Below are positions 19,073 through 28,804 of a stretch of 64,000 nucleotides of DNA, piece after piece (the stretch's first letter is position 1; each line of letters opens with the position of its first letter). The notes beneath the pieces were generated by a model. The model made no database searches, had not been told where the DNA came from, and saw nothing but the letters and a program-made list of their open reading frames with translations. The position numbers and the translations under genes were made by a program. The DNA lies in NCBI GenBank assembly GCA_017453745.1, contig JAFTEH010000044.1, positions 4,077-68,076 of the forward strand, given 5' to 3'. This DNA is from Spirochaetaceae bacterium. GTDB taxonomy: Bacteria; Spirochaetota; Spirochaetia; Treponematales; Treponemataceae.

Positions 19073-20437
19073 CTATGAAAAAAATAATCTTCCAATATCT
19101 GCCCATAATGCAAAAACAAACAAAAATAAAATAAGAAAGGTACCAACCATCTGTACATAGTATAATATTTTTGGCCGAACAGAGCGACGCACAATAATTT
19201 CAATAAGTGCAATAAAAATGATACCACCATCAAGAACAGGAATTGGTAAAAGATTCATTATAAAAAGCGAAATACAAATAAAACTTGCAAGTGAAGCAAT
19301 AGTATATAAGCCTTGTAAAAAACTTTCCCGAAAACCTGCTTTTGCATTTTCGCCGAGCATACTACTTATACCTAAAGGCCCAGCTAATGCAGAGCGAAAG
19401 TTAATACCTTTGAATAAAAGGGTGAGACTTTTAAGCACTTCAATAATTGTCGTATTCGTTTTTACAAAACCTTCTGCGATGCTTTTGAAAAATCCCTGCC
19501 CTTCTTCAATCACTTGAATACTTTCTGTTACCAGCCCCAAAGACGGCATTTGAGTTTCTGAATAATAGGGCAAGTCAAGACTAAGATTTTGCTCTTGTCC
19601 ATTTCGTTCTATTGTAACATCAACGGTCATCTTATGAAGATTATTTTTAAAAAAGTATGCGAGGTCGTGCGTGTTATAAATTGGCTCTCCGTTTACTGCG
19701 GTAATACGGTCCCCAGCAAGAATGCCAGCTTTTTGGGCAGGGGAATCAGGTAAGACCTCTGCAATATCCATCGGAATATACGCATAAAAACCAACATAAC
19801 CTGCCCCTGTATCTTTATTGAGGGCTGGTGTAATTTCAGTTTGAAAGGTACTTCCATTTCGCTCTATGGTAAATGTCATTGCCTTTTCAGGATTTAAAGC
19901 TATCTTTTCATATACATCAGTAAAGGTATTGGTAGCAATACCGTCAATTTGGACAATCCTATCGCCCATCTGTAAATTGGCTCCTTTTGCAGGACTATCC
20001 TCAAGTTCACCATAATAGTAAGACGGAGCAATTTGGTTTGAACTTGTGTAGTAACTTGTCCCTATAGCTGCCACCAGCGTAAATCCTAGAATTGCTGTTA
20101 CATAGTTTGCAAAAGGTCCTGCAAAAGCGATAAGGATCCTTCGCCAGCGACTCACTCCATATAGACTTGCTGGGTCATTGGGAATTGTATCTAAGTTTTC
20201 ATCAAGGGCTTTCATAAAAGCATCTTCACCACGCATACTACAATAGCCCCCAAACGGCAAAAGAGAGAGGCGATATTCAGTATCCCCTATTTTCTTTTTT
20301 AGTAAAACGGGACCAAACCCGACTGAAAAGGCAATAACTTCAACACCGCACAATCGTGCAGCAATAAAATGCCCCAACTCATGTACAAAAACTAAAAAAC
20401 TTAAAAGCAATAAACCAATAAGAATATTTCCTATCAA
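19073..20437 (-). CDS. rseP: RIP metalloprotease RseP (M50 family, PDZ domains)
   Basis: Motifs HELGH, AFAGPFAN and NLLPIPVLDGG; two PDZ domains; GGAG RBS before the TTG start. Confidence 0.96.
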   Translation of the reverse strand: MIGNILIGLLLLSFLVFVHELGHFIAARLCGVEVIAFSVGFGPVLLKKKIGDTEYRLSLLPFGGYCSMRGEDAFMKALDENLDTIPNDPASLYGVSRWRRILIAFAGPFANYVTAILGFTLVAAIGTSYYTSSNQIAPSYYYGELEDSPAKGANLQMGDRIVQIDGIATNTFTDVYEKIALNPEKAMTFTIERNGSTFQTEITPALNKDTGAGYVGFYAYIPMDIAEVLPDSPAQKAGILAGDRITAVNGEPIYNTHDLAYFFKNNLHKMTVDVTIERNGQEQNLSLDLPYYSETQMPSLGLVTESIQVIEEGQGFFKSIAEGFVKTNTTIIEVLKSLTLLFKGINFRSALAGPLGISSMLGENAKAGFRESFLQGLYTIASLASFICISLFIMNLLPIPVLDGGIIFIALIEIIVRRSVRPKILYYVQMVGTFLILFLFVFALWADIGRLFFS

Positions 20438-20739
20438 ATCAGTACTCCAGAATATTATATAACATCAGTGTGCAACTCTTAAAAACTTCAGTTTTTATCG
20501 GTTCCCATAACGGTGATAGTGCAAATCGCCACAACTTCGGTAGCAGATATTTGCTTTGTGTGTATAGGCAACTTACAACACCAAACCCCTCTCGAAAAAC
20601 ATTAGCCTGTCGCTTGCTTCCTCCCCAGTCGAGCGAGCATCTACTTAGCTAACAGAGCAGGAAAGTCAAGCAAAGCAACAAGCTATTTTAGAGATTCCAG
20701 ATAAAAAAACCTCTACTGTCACACACCTATCCGATAAAC

Positions 20740-21189
20740 CTATCTAAAAATTGCATGAACAGCATTTCCCTGCCGTATAACAATAATACCATGTTGAACA
20801 CGCATTAACCATTTAGCTTCCGCAAGTGCATAAGAAGGATCCATGCCATTCTTTTCAAGCCAATGTGCTACTTCTTCAGTAGTAAACTGATATGCGGCTT
20901 CATACGAAGGTAGCCTTGGTTGTACATACTGCCACGACACTGCTATCCTACCTGAAGGATATAGTTTTAACACAGGCTCACAGCGAGGGTCCAAACTAAA
21001 TGTTGCACGAGCATACTCTCCATCTTTTAAACTAAGATTTGATTCTTTTCTAAACACCTCATAGTTCTTTGTATCTATGTACACTCGGCGAGACACTTCA
21101 ATGTTCACAAGTAACTGTAAACATGAAGTTAGGCTAAACAAAACAGATACTAAAACAATAATAAACCCTATTTTTTTGCCTCGTTTCAT
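20740..21189 (-). CDS. Hypothetical lipoprotein
   Basis: MKRGKK followed by a hydrophobic stretch and lipobox LTSC. Confidence 0.75.
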   Translation of the reverse strand: MKRGKKIGFIIVLVSVLFSLTSCLQLLVNIEVSRRVYIDTKNYEVFRKESNLSLKDGEYARATFSLDPRCEPVLKLYPSGRIAVSWQYVQPRLPSYEAAYQFTTEEVAHWLEKNGMDPSYALAEAKWLMRVQHGIIVIRQGNAVHAIFR

Positions 21190-21235
21190 AATTACTCCAA
21201 TCAAAGAGGAAAGTCCTAGCCAAAAGATTTGTCGT

Positions 21236-22750
21236 TTAAGACATCCGCTTTTTTTGCACAGTGTCTATTGCGTATTGCAAGGCTTCATCATACATTGTTT
21301 CAGGTGGTTCTTTTATAAAGCCTTCTTTCATAAGAAGTTCAGTTTCCGCTCTTGCTTCCGTTAATGAGGATTTCGCCTGATTATACGCTTCTTCCCAAGT
21401 CATCGGAACACGAGCTAAGCCTTCCTTAATAGCTTGCATTGCAACATCAGCTGCTTCAACTGCAAAAACTTCAGAATCTTCCATAGTTACAACTATGTGT
21501 TCTGTATCTATGCCTTTTTTTTCAGAATAATCCGCAATAGAATGAGAACAGCGAATAGCCATACCATCTGAAATCTTTTTACTTCGCACTAAAAGCGCAC
21601 CTTTTAAGATGCCTGGAAAACAAACGGAATTGTTTATTTGATTTGGGAAGTCGCCCCTACCAGTACCTACGATAAAAGCACCTGCGGCCTTTGCTTCATG
21701 AGGCCAAATTTCAGGAATTGGGTTTGCACAAGTGAATACAATAGCTTTTTCATTCATAGAAGCAATATGCTCTTTTTTTACTGTTCCCGGTCCAGGTGTG
21801 GAAAGAGCTATGAGTACATCGGCTCCCTTAATCGCTTCATCAAAAGAGTTTACCTTATGAGGATTGGTAGTCTGGCAAAGTTCCCACTTTCGATAGTAGC
21901 GAGCATCTTGCTGAATATCGGTGCGGTCTCTGTGTAAGCCACCACGAGAATCGCAGATGATCATGTTTTCACCTTTTCCCCCATCCTGCAAAATAAGACG
22001 AGCGATAGTTGTATTCGACGCACCTGCCCCAAGTAAAACGATTTTACATTCGCTTATTTTTTTATCTGCAAGTTTTAATGCATTAAGTAAACCTGCCAAG
22101 GTAATACAGGCTGTTCCTTGTGCATCATCATGCCACACAGGAATATCACAAGTTTCGCGTAAAGTATCTAGTACTTTAAAGCATTCTGGCTGCTGTATAT
22201 CTTCGAGGTTTACCGCTCCTACTGAAGGCTCAAGCATGCGTACAAATTCAATAATTTTGTCGGGACTATGCTTACCAACAGGCAAAGAATAACGCTCTGC
22301 TTCACCTTCTTTTACACGCGAGTCAATACACAAAGGATAGGCATCAACACCGCCGAGGTACTTCATAAGCATACACTTACCTTCCATTACACCAAGCCCA
22401 CCAGGTGGGGTACAATCGCCATCGCCTAATACACGAGTTGAATCGCTTACAACAGCTACGAGATTCCCCCGCGAAACTAATGAAAAAGAAGCATCGTTAT
22501 CATCTCGAATACCGGTAGAAATTGCTGAAACACCAGGAGTATACCATACGCCAAACCAATTAAACCCATAAAGCCCACACTTTGGAAGTGTTTGTAATTT
22601 GCCCCCATAAAAGCGATGAGCTAACACTGACATTTGTTTTAAAAAGAGTGTTTCAGCAAGTGCTCTTTCGTCATCTGTAAAATCTTTTGGTAAATTTTCA
22701 GAAATTGATTTTAAGTCTTTTGAAATTTTCATATATGGAATTGTACTCAA
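21236..22750 (-). CDS. NAD(P)-dependent malic enzyme
   Basis: Motifs YTPGV, VMEGK, NLEDI, HDDAQGTA, GAGAS and GRGDFPNQINN. Confidence 0.94.
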   Translation of the reverse strand: MSTIPYMKISKDLKSISENLPKDFTDDERALAETLFLKQMSVLAHRFYGGKLQTLPKCGLYGFNWFGVWYTPGVSAISTGIRDDNDASFSLVSRGNLVAVVSDSTRVLGDGDCTPPGGLGVMEGKCMLMKYLGGVDAYPLCIDSRVKEGEAERYSLPVGKHSPDKIIEFVRMLEPSVGAVNLEDIQQPECFKVLDTLRETCDIPVWHDDAQGTACITLAGLLNALKLADKKISECKIVLLGAGASNTTIARLILQDGGKGENMIICDSRGGLHRDRTDIQQDARYYRKWELCQTTNPHKVNSFDEAIKGADVLIALSTPGPGTVKKEHIASMNEKAIVFTCANPIPEIWPHEAKAAGAFIVGTGRGDFPNQINNSVCFPGILKGALLVRSKKISDGMAIRCSHSIADYSEKKGIDTEHIVVTMEDSEVFAVEAADVAMQAIKEGLARVPMTWEEAYNQAKSSLTEARAETELLMKEGFIKEPPETMYDEALQYAIDTVQKKRMS

Positions 22751-22771
22751 AACCTATATGGATAGCAAGTA

Positions 22772-22800
22772 TTGAAATTTTTTCATAAAACAGATATAGT
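22772..22800 (+). promoter_or_regulatory. Sigma70 promoter of the orphan oppA
   Basis: TTGAAA-N17-TATAGT. Confidence 0.65.
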
Positions 22801-22820
22801 GCAAGTGAGGTCTTTCACTT

Positions 22821-24779
22821 ATGCAAAAGAGATTTACTGTACTTATTTTTTTTGGTGTGCTTGCTTTTTTTTCATGCTACCGTTCTAACATAGGTAATGT
22901 AGGCTTTCTCTACGAAGTGGAAGAAAAATTTGTGCGAGAACTGGAAAATGACCCACCCGATTTTTCTTCTCCACAAGTGGAAGACCATGACTGTTTTGTT
23001 GAAAACTTGCCTGAAGATGTAATATGGCTTACCAGTCACCCTAAGGATTTAGGTTCCCCTGATACGCAAGTTGGTGGCACAATACACATACCCATTAGAA
23101 AATATCCTACAACATTAAGGACAATTGGCCAAGATGTTGATGTTGAAGATTTATCCATACTTCAGACCAATGCCACCCTCGTTTCAACAAACCCAGAAAC
23201 GAATGAGTTTATGCCATACGCTGCTACACATTGGGCATTTGGAAAAGATGGGAAAACAGTGTATTTTAAACTACATGAACATGCGAGATGGTCAGATGGT
23301 CAACCAGTAACAGCTGATGATTTTCTTTTTAGCTACGAACTTTTGGCTCCATCACCTGAATCGACCGATTCATATACATTTGACTTTACAGAATATTTTA
23401 CAATAGAAAAATTTTCTACACACTGTATCGCCATTAGGGATTTGTCTGATGGATTTGTACTTCCACATATTTTATTACAATCGGTAAATATATCACCAGT
23501 TCCAAAACATTTTTATGAACAAATCCCCGATGGACAATGGCAGACGGATGATAATCAAGTAGAACCAACTACTGGCCCTTACGAAATAAATATACGAGAA
23601 TCGGTTGAAGGTAGTATCCTCATAGCTGACAGGACTCCGGATTGGTGGGCTCGTTCTTATGAGCACCTAAAACATACAGCCAATATTTCAAGAATTGAAT
23701 ATATCGTTATTACTGAAAATGAGGATACTGGATCTTCATACGATAATAGCGTACGCACTGCATTTTATGATGGAATATTGGATATGTATGTTTATGATGA
23801 TGTTACCGCCTACTATGAATCTTTTACCGTTCCTGCCGTAGACTATGGCTATGTTACGCAATATATAATGAATTATATTCCTTCAACTGGTGGGTATGGG
23901 ATTTTCTTAAATACAAAATCTAAAATTTTTTCAAATAAAAATATGCGCATGGCAATATTTTACGCACTTGATATTAATGGGTTGATTGAAAATAGTGAAA
24001 ATTTATATACTCGCATCCATACAGTTGGCTTTGGGAATATTTGGAACAACATAGAGTTTAACGATTATACTATCCGCAAACCGAATTTTTGGATGAGAGA
24101 AGCACGCACTATTTTTGCGGCATGTGGGTATACACAGGTCGAGCGTGACGGTATTTTGCGTAACAGTCAAGGCGAAAGACTTAGCTTCAATATTGTTTTT
24201 GCAGATAAAAAAATGACACGAGAACTAACATACCTAAAAACGCAGGCAAAATTATGTGGTCTTGAGATAATACTGACATTTGAACCTGAATACTACAATA
24301 ACATAGCTTCAGTTAATGATTATGATGCAGTATTTGATGAAATACCAAATTCTTTTCCGCCACCAGACCATTCTAGTTTTTTTTCATTGGACCCTACAGT
24401 AACTGAATTTGATATAAACAATCTCTGTCAATATTCAAGCCCTGAAATGGACGAGTTGTTAGTGCAACAGCAAACAGCAACAAATATCAAGGAATTAGCT
24501 GAAATAAATAAACAAATTGAGCGATTAATCAACGAAGAAGCAATTATTGTTCCACTCTATGTTTCACAAGTACAAAATGTAGGTGCTTGGCAATGGGTGC
24601 GTTTTCCTACATGGGGGAATAGGCGGGAGCATTCTATAGATATGACCCCATACGGATATATTTGGATTGATGACACCGTAAAACTAGAAGTTTTGACTGC
24701 ACAAAAAAATAATAAAAGAACTGAACCGCGTATTTATACTATAAGTTCACGATACTTAAATCATGCTGATAAAAAATAA
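22821..24779 (+). CDS. Oligopeptide ABC transporter substrate-binding lipoprotein (family 5)
   Basis: Lipobox FFSC; motifs ATHWAF, RWSDGQPVTADD and TTGPY. Paralog of 62045..64000. Confidence 0.9.
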   Translation: MQKRFTVLIFFGVLAFFSCYRSNIGNVGFLYEVEEKFVRELENDPPDFSSPQVEDHDCFVENLPEDVIWLTSHPKDLGSPDTQVGGTIHIPIRKYPTTLRTIGQDVDVEDLSILQTNATLVSTNPETNEFMPYAATHWAFGKDGKTVYFKLHEHARWSDGQPVTADDFLFSYELLAPSPESTDSYTFDFTEYFTIEKFSTHCIAIRDLSDGFVLPHILLQSVNISPVPKHFYEQIPDGQWQTDDNQVEPTTGPYEINIRESVEGSILIADRTPDWWARSYEHLKHTANISRIEYIVITENEDTGSSYDNSVRTAFYDGILDMYVYDDVTAYYESFTVPAVDYGYVTQYIMNYIPSTGGYGIFLNTKSKIFSNKNMRMAIFYALDINGLIENSENLYTRIHTVGFGNIWNNIEFNDYTIRKPNFWMREARTIFAACGYTQVERDGILRNSQGERLSFNIVFADKKMTRELTYLKTQAKLCGLEIILTFEPEYYNNIASVNDYDAVFDEIPNSFPPPDHSSFFSLDPTVTEFDINNLCQYSSPEMDELLVQQQTATNIKELAEINKQIERLINEEAIIVPLYVSQVQNVGAWQWVRFPTWGNRREHSIDMTPYGYIWIDDTVKLEVLTAQKNNKRTEPRIYTISSRYLNHADKK

Positions 24780-24806
24780 AAAGATTTTTTTCGTTTGGAG
24801 GTTTTT

Positions 24807-25718
24807 ATGAAAAAAGTGATTGCAAGTCTTTTTGCGATCTTTTGTTTAATGGCTCCTGTCTTTGCCGCTGGTTCAAAAGACTCAGGACACTACGTTACAA
24901 TTTCTGGAAAACAGATAAGTCTTCCAAAAAAAATTGAACGCATCATTTCGTTGTCACCATCTAATACTGAAATTTTAGATGGCTTAGGTGTATCAAAAAA
25001 AATTATTGCTGTAGATACCTATTCACGCATTCCAGAAGGTGTTTCAGCCGATATTCCAAAGTTTGACATCATGAACCCTAATACAGAGCAACTTATTGCA
25101 CTCGCACCAGATGTTATACTTACTACAGGGATGGCAGAAGTAAAGGGCACAGACCCCTATCAACCGTGTAGAAATGCAGGCATCACTGTTATTTCTATTC
25201 CAACCGCTAGCACAATAGATGAAATTATCGAAAGTATTACCATGCTTGGTACTATTACTAAAACCACATCGAATGCTACAAAATTAAATAAAAAAATTAC
25301 CACTGCAATTTCTAATATCAAATCGGTCGTTGCTCGGATTCCAGAAGCTGAAAGAAAAACAGTATACTTTGAAGTAAGTCCTGCTCCGTATCTTTACACC
25401 ACAGGCTACGGAACATACGCCCATGAAATGTTTGAAATTTGTGGGCTCACTAATGTTTTCGGTGATATTGAAGCATGGAAACCTGTTTCAAATGAACAAG
25501 TGTTAGCTAAAAATCCTGATTTTATTTTTACAACGACAGATCTTTTACCTGACCCAATCCAAGAAATTGCTTCACGAAAAGGATGGGCAGTAATCGCCGC
25601 AGTAAAAAACAATAGTATTTACCAAATTGAAAATAGGGTTATTAGTCAACCTTGCCAAAACATTATTGAAGGGCTTGAATACATTTCTAAAACGGTATAT
25701 CCAAAGTACTTTAAGTAA
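24807..25718 (+). CDS. Cobalamin/Fe-siderophore ABC substrate-binding protein (BtuF-like)
   Basis: Motifs RIISLSPSNTEIL, EQLIALAPD, EQVLAKNPD and AVKNN. Confidence 0.88.
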   Translation: MKKVIASLFAIFCLMAPVFAAGSKDSGHYVTISGKQISLPKKIERIISLSPSNTEILDGLGVSKKIIAVDTYSRIPEGVSADIPKFDIMNPNTEQLIALAPDVILTTGMAEVKGTDPYQPCRNAGITVISIPTASTIDEIIESITMLGTITKTTSNATKLNKKITTAISNIKSVVARIPEAERKTVYFEVSPAPYLYTTGYGTYAHEMFEICGLTNVFGDIEAWKPVSNEQVLAKNPDFIFTTTDLLPDPIQEIASRKGWAVIAAVKNNSIYQIENRVISQPCQNIIEGLEYISKTVYPKYFK

Positions 25719-25745
25719 AGGCTCAGCTATAAAAACCATAATCTT

Positions 25746-25797
25746 AAACTGAGGGCGACATCTCAAAACTAAAGTTTTGAGATGTCGCCCTCAGTTT
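25746..25797. repeat. Perfect 25-bp inverted repeat (REP-like or bidirectional terminator)
   Basis: AAACTGAGGGCGACATCTCAAAACT-aa-AGTTTTGAGATGTCGCCCTCAGTTT. Confidence 0.9.
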
Positions 25798-25800
25798 GTC

Positions 25801-25932
25801 AGGTACAGGTGTTAGTTCAATAAATGCCCCCAACACAAGCGTCGGGGTATATTCTCCGCACGAACCAAGGCCCCCTCATTTGATAGCTGGAACGATTGCT
25901 GATACACGCTAAACTGATGAGTACGGCCTACA
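25801..25932 (+). ncRNA. Candidate structured RNA of unknown class
   Basis: GC-richer island with end-to-end pairing (GTTAGTT/AACTGAT, GTAC/GTAC) and an internal hairpin ATGCCCC/GGGGTAT. Confidence 0.3.
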
Positions 25933-25934
25933 CA

Positions 25935-26534
25935 TTAGTCTTCACCGTATAGATGTTCAAGTTCGTGTAAATACTGAAGTGTACGCTCCTTACAAGAACC
26001 ACAGACAGTTCCTATCTTTGTTCGTTCCTGCAATGCTTCCCATGTTTTTGCTCCGCTATTATACGCTTCTTCAATATCGCGAGCGGTAACATTCATACAA
26101 TGACAAATCATTTCAGTTTCTTCCGAACCACGCAACGGCGGTAAATTATTTTTTTGTAAATAATCATCGATAGCAGCACGCAAAGCTTTATCACCCAAAA
26201 CCGAACAATGAATTTTATGCTCTGGCAAGCCACCAAGTCGCGCTACAATGTCCTGTGGATTCATACGGTATGCTTGTTCTAATTTCATACCTTTGATTGC
26301 CTCAGATAATATAGAAGTCGAAGCTATAGCACTTGCACAGCCATAGGTTTTCCAACGACAATCTTCTATAATGCCTGACTTCACCCGAATTAAAATAAGC
26401 ATTTGATCGCCACACTTAATATTTCCGATAAGCCCACGCCCATCACAAGGCCATTCATATTCAGGAACCTGTAACATGTTACGAGGATTCATAAAATGGT
26501 CTTTAACAACATCAGAATATAACCAGTCACTCAT
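25935..26534 (-). CDS. Fe-S cluster scaffold IscU/NifU fused to a BFD-like (2Fe-2S) domain
   Basis: Motifs KCGD, YGCASA and KIHCS, plus C-terminal CHC...CGSC. Confidence 0.92.
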   Translation of the reverse strand: MSDWLYSDVVKDHFMNPRNMLQVPEYEWPCDGRGLIGNIKCGDQMLILIRVKSGIIEDCRWKTYGCASAIASTSILSEAIKGMKLEQAYRMNPQDIVARLGGLPEHKIHCSVLGDKALRAAIDDYLQKNNLPPLRGSEETEMICHCMNVTARDIEEAYNSGAKTWEALQERTKIGTVCGSCKERTLQYLHELEHLYGED

Positions 26535-26699
26535 AGTAACTCCTTCTTACCTTAAAAAACGAGACACTTCTATAAAGTCAAAAAACGCGCCGAGATACCT
26601 TGACTTTCAGCAGTCATACTGGTCGTTTCTGTCATTTTTAGAAATGCCTTTATGCTATAATAATACTCAGTTTTTTATATTTTTACAAGGAAAACTTTT

Positions 26700-27485
26700 T
26701 TATCCATTTGCTATGGAAAATGCCCGCAACGCATTTTCGTATAAGATATTTGAACAAACCTCGAATTCTATGTTCAATAATTCTGCAATAAATTCCACAA
26801 CCGAAAACACATGCGATGGAACATTTTTTACCCCTGTAAATAGAGAAGGTGGCAAAAATGGGCTTGCAGATTCTACCAATATATGTTCGCAAGGGATTTG
26901 TAAAATCGTTTTATGTATTTCTCGTGAATTTTTAAATGTAATATTCCCAGCAAAAGAAAAAAAAGTAGGAAAATCAAAATCTTGCAAGCATGTATGAGCA
27001 TAATCACTAGATTCGGAATAACAATGAAATATCACACCTGCGCTTGGTGCATTTTGGAGAAGAATATTTTTTATATCCTCCCCTGCCTCTCTATCGTAAA
27101 TGATAACAGGTTTATTAAACTTTCGAGCAATATGCAGTTGCTTAATAAAAAGGTCTATTTGATTTTTCGGATTTCCAATTTTTTTATTATAATCCAATCC
27201 GACTGGACCTACCGCAACTATGTTTTTTAGACTCATTGCTTTTTCCATACGAGCATACCAATCACTTGGCAAATTTTGTGCTTCTCCAGGGGCATAACCT
27301 ACTGCATACAATACCTGTGGAATATTACTCATTGATTCATATATTTGTTCAAAATCATGCACAGTATTACAAATATTCACAATATGAGTTACATTTGCCC
27401 GCTTAGCTTCTTGAATTACCCTAAATCGTTCAATGGGGTCGGAGTGTATGAGCCCCAAATACGCATAACAATCAAAAAACTTCAT
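26700..27485 (-). CDS. tatD: TatD family hydrolase
   Basis: Motifs AVGPVGLDY, FHCYS, SFAG and LVESASPFL; several metal ligands have diverged. Confidence 0.88.
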   Translation of the reverse strand: MKFFDCYAYLGLIHSDPIERFRVIQEAKRANVTHIVNICNTVHDFEQIYESMSNIPQVLYAVGYAPGEAQNLPSDWYARMEKAMSLKNIVAVGPVGLDYNKKIGNPKNQIDLFIKQLHIARKFNKPVIIYDREAGEDIKNILLQNAPSAGVIFHCYSESSDYAHTCLQDFDFPTFFSFAGNITFKNSREIHKTILQIPCEHILVESASPFLPPSLFTGVKNVPSHVFSVVEFIAELLNIEFEVCSNILYENALRAFSIANG

Positions 27486-27559
27486 AATATTTTACCTCAA
27501 AATGAAAAAAAGTATGTTGCTTAGTACTTATCACTTATATAATAGAAAGTACTCTTAGT

Positions 27560-27630
27560 GGAACCTCTAAAACATCAGTTTTTGGAGGCGACTTTGGAAT
27601 CTCTAAAAACTAACAAAAATGAGTTTTAAA
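27560..27630. repeat. Degenerate GGAA(C/T)CTCTAAAA REP-like hairpins
   Basis: Motif at 27560 and 27596; also at 58122 and on the reverse strand at 20686-20698. Confidence 0.6.
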
Positions 27631-27636
27631 AAATAC

Positions 27637-28152
27637 CTAGTCTATAAACACTACCTTTTCAGTACGCTCCTTTGGCTCAGGTATTTCACTTGGATAACCT
27701 ATAGCAGACATTGCCCAAACCACATGGTTTTTAGGAACTTGGAATGAATCTAATATTTTCCTAATGCTTGGGACATAGGAAATACCACGAAGTTGATTTA
27801 TCCATACAGAGCCGAGCCCCAGTGCTTGACAAGCAATGTAAATATTTTCGATAGCACAGGCTGAATCTAAATCGCCATATTCACATGCTTCGTCAACAGA
27901 CACTATAATAAGAACTGGACAGTTATAGATTGTAAAAGAATCATTCCCAATTTCTTTAGCTATAGCTTTGGCAAGTTTTTGAATTTTGGTTTTAGACCTT
28001 ACAACTACAAATTGTCTCTGTTGACGGTTACGAGCTGTAGGCGCTGCTTTTGCACAATTAGTAATTTCAATTAAATCAGATTCGCTTACTTTTTTATCTA
28101 AAAAACTGCGAACACTCTTTCTGTCTAACAAGGTTTGAATTGTCTCATTCAT
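27637..28152 (-). CDS. Nitroreductase family protein
   Basis: Motifs RKSVRSF, AAPTARNRQ and ALGLGSVW; GAGGAG RBS before ATG 28152. Confidence 0.92.
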   Translation of the reverse strand: MNETIQTLLDRKSVRSFLDKKVSESDLIEITNCAKAAPTARNRQQRQFVVVRSKTKIQKLAKAIAKEIGNDSFTIYNCPVLIIVSVDEACEYGDLDSACAIENIYIACQALGLGSVWINQLRGISYVPSIRKILDSFQVPKNHVVWAMSAIGYPSEIPEPKERTEKVVFID

Positions 28153-28222
28153 AAAAATCTCCTCAAACATAAAATGTAGGTATGTAAAAGTATTTGGAAA
28201 CACAGGCTCCCAAACATATCTA

Positions 28223-28738
28223 TTACTTAAAGTATTCAGAAGAAAAAATCTGCTCAAGTTCGCGTTCTGAATACCGTTTTGAATTAGTAAAATTTTCCCT
28301 TACTATATCAATGCTTTCTTTGTCAAGCATAAGAGACTTATCATCATGTAAATATGCAACAAAATCTTCAAAAACCGATAGAGGAAGCCATGGAAATGCA
28401 ATCTCAAAAATATTAAACCACTCAGAATATTGCACTGAATTTTCTGGTGTAAGAATTACCCCCTGATCCTTAAGCCGAGAGCGCTTTTCAGGAGCAATAG
28501 TAAAAACCTTTTGATTGAGTAACTCACAATATTCGGCAGAAGAAAACAGAGCCCCAACCTTACGAATAAGGTCAGTTTTATACATAGAAGCAATATCCGC
28601 CAAAATGGAGGCAGTAACGAGATTAAGCCCCTCAGAGCGTATATCAAATAAGGCTTTTTGCTCTGTTTCGGCGTAGTCAAGGGTTTTCCGTAAATCGCCT
28701 TTTTCTAATAGAGGTCTCAAAATTTCTGCATTATCCAC
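28223..28738 (-). CDS. Hypothetical protein
   Basis: 171-aa ORF with a GGGAG RBS, co-oriented within an operon. Confidence 0.75.
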   Translation of the reverse strand: MDNAEILRPLLEKGDLRKTLDYAETEQKALFDIRSEGLNLVTASILADIASMYKTDLIRKVGALFSSAEYCELLNQKVFTIAPEKRSRLKDQGVILTPENSVQYSEWFNIFEIAFPWLPLSVFEDFVAYLHDDKSLMLDKESIDIVRENFTNSKRYSERELEQIFSSEYFK

Positions 28739-28804
28739 AACAAACTCCCACTGTACACCGTACCATTTTTTGAAAAAAAAATCTATAGTTTACACCTATG
28801 TTGA

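Noticed and set aside
25914-25924. Hammerhead ribozyme core CUGAUGA
   Set aside because: No GAAA strand is in register with stem II.
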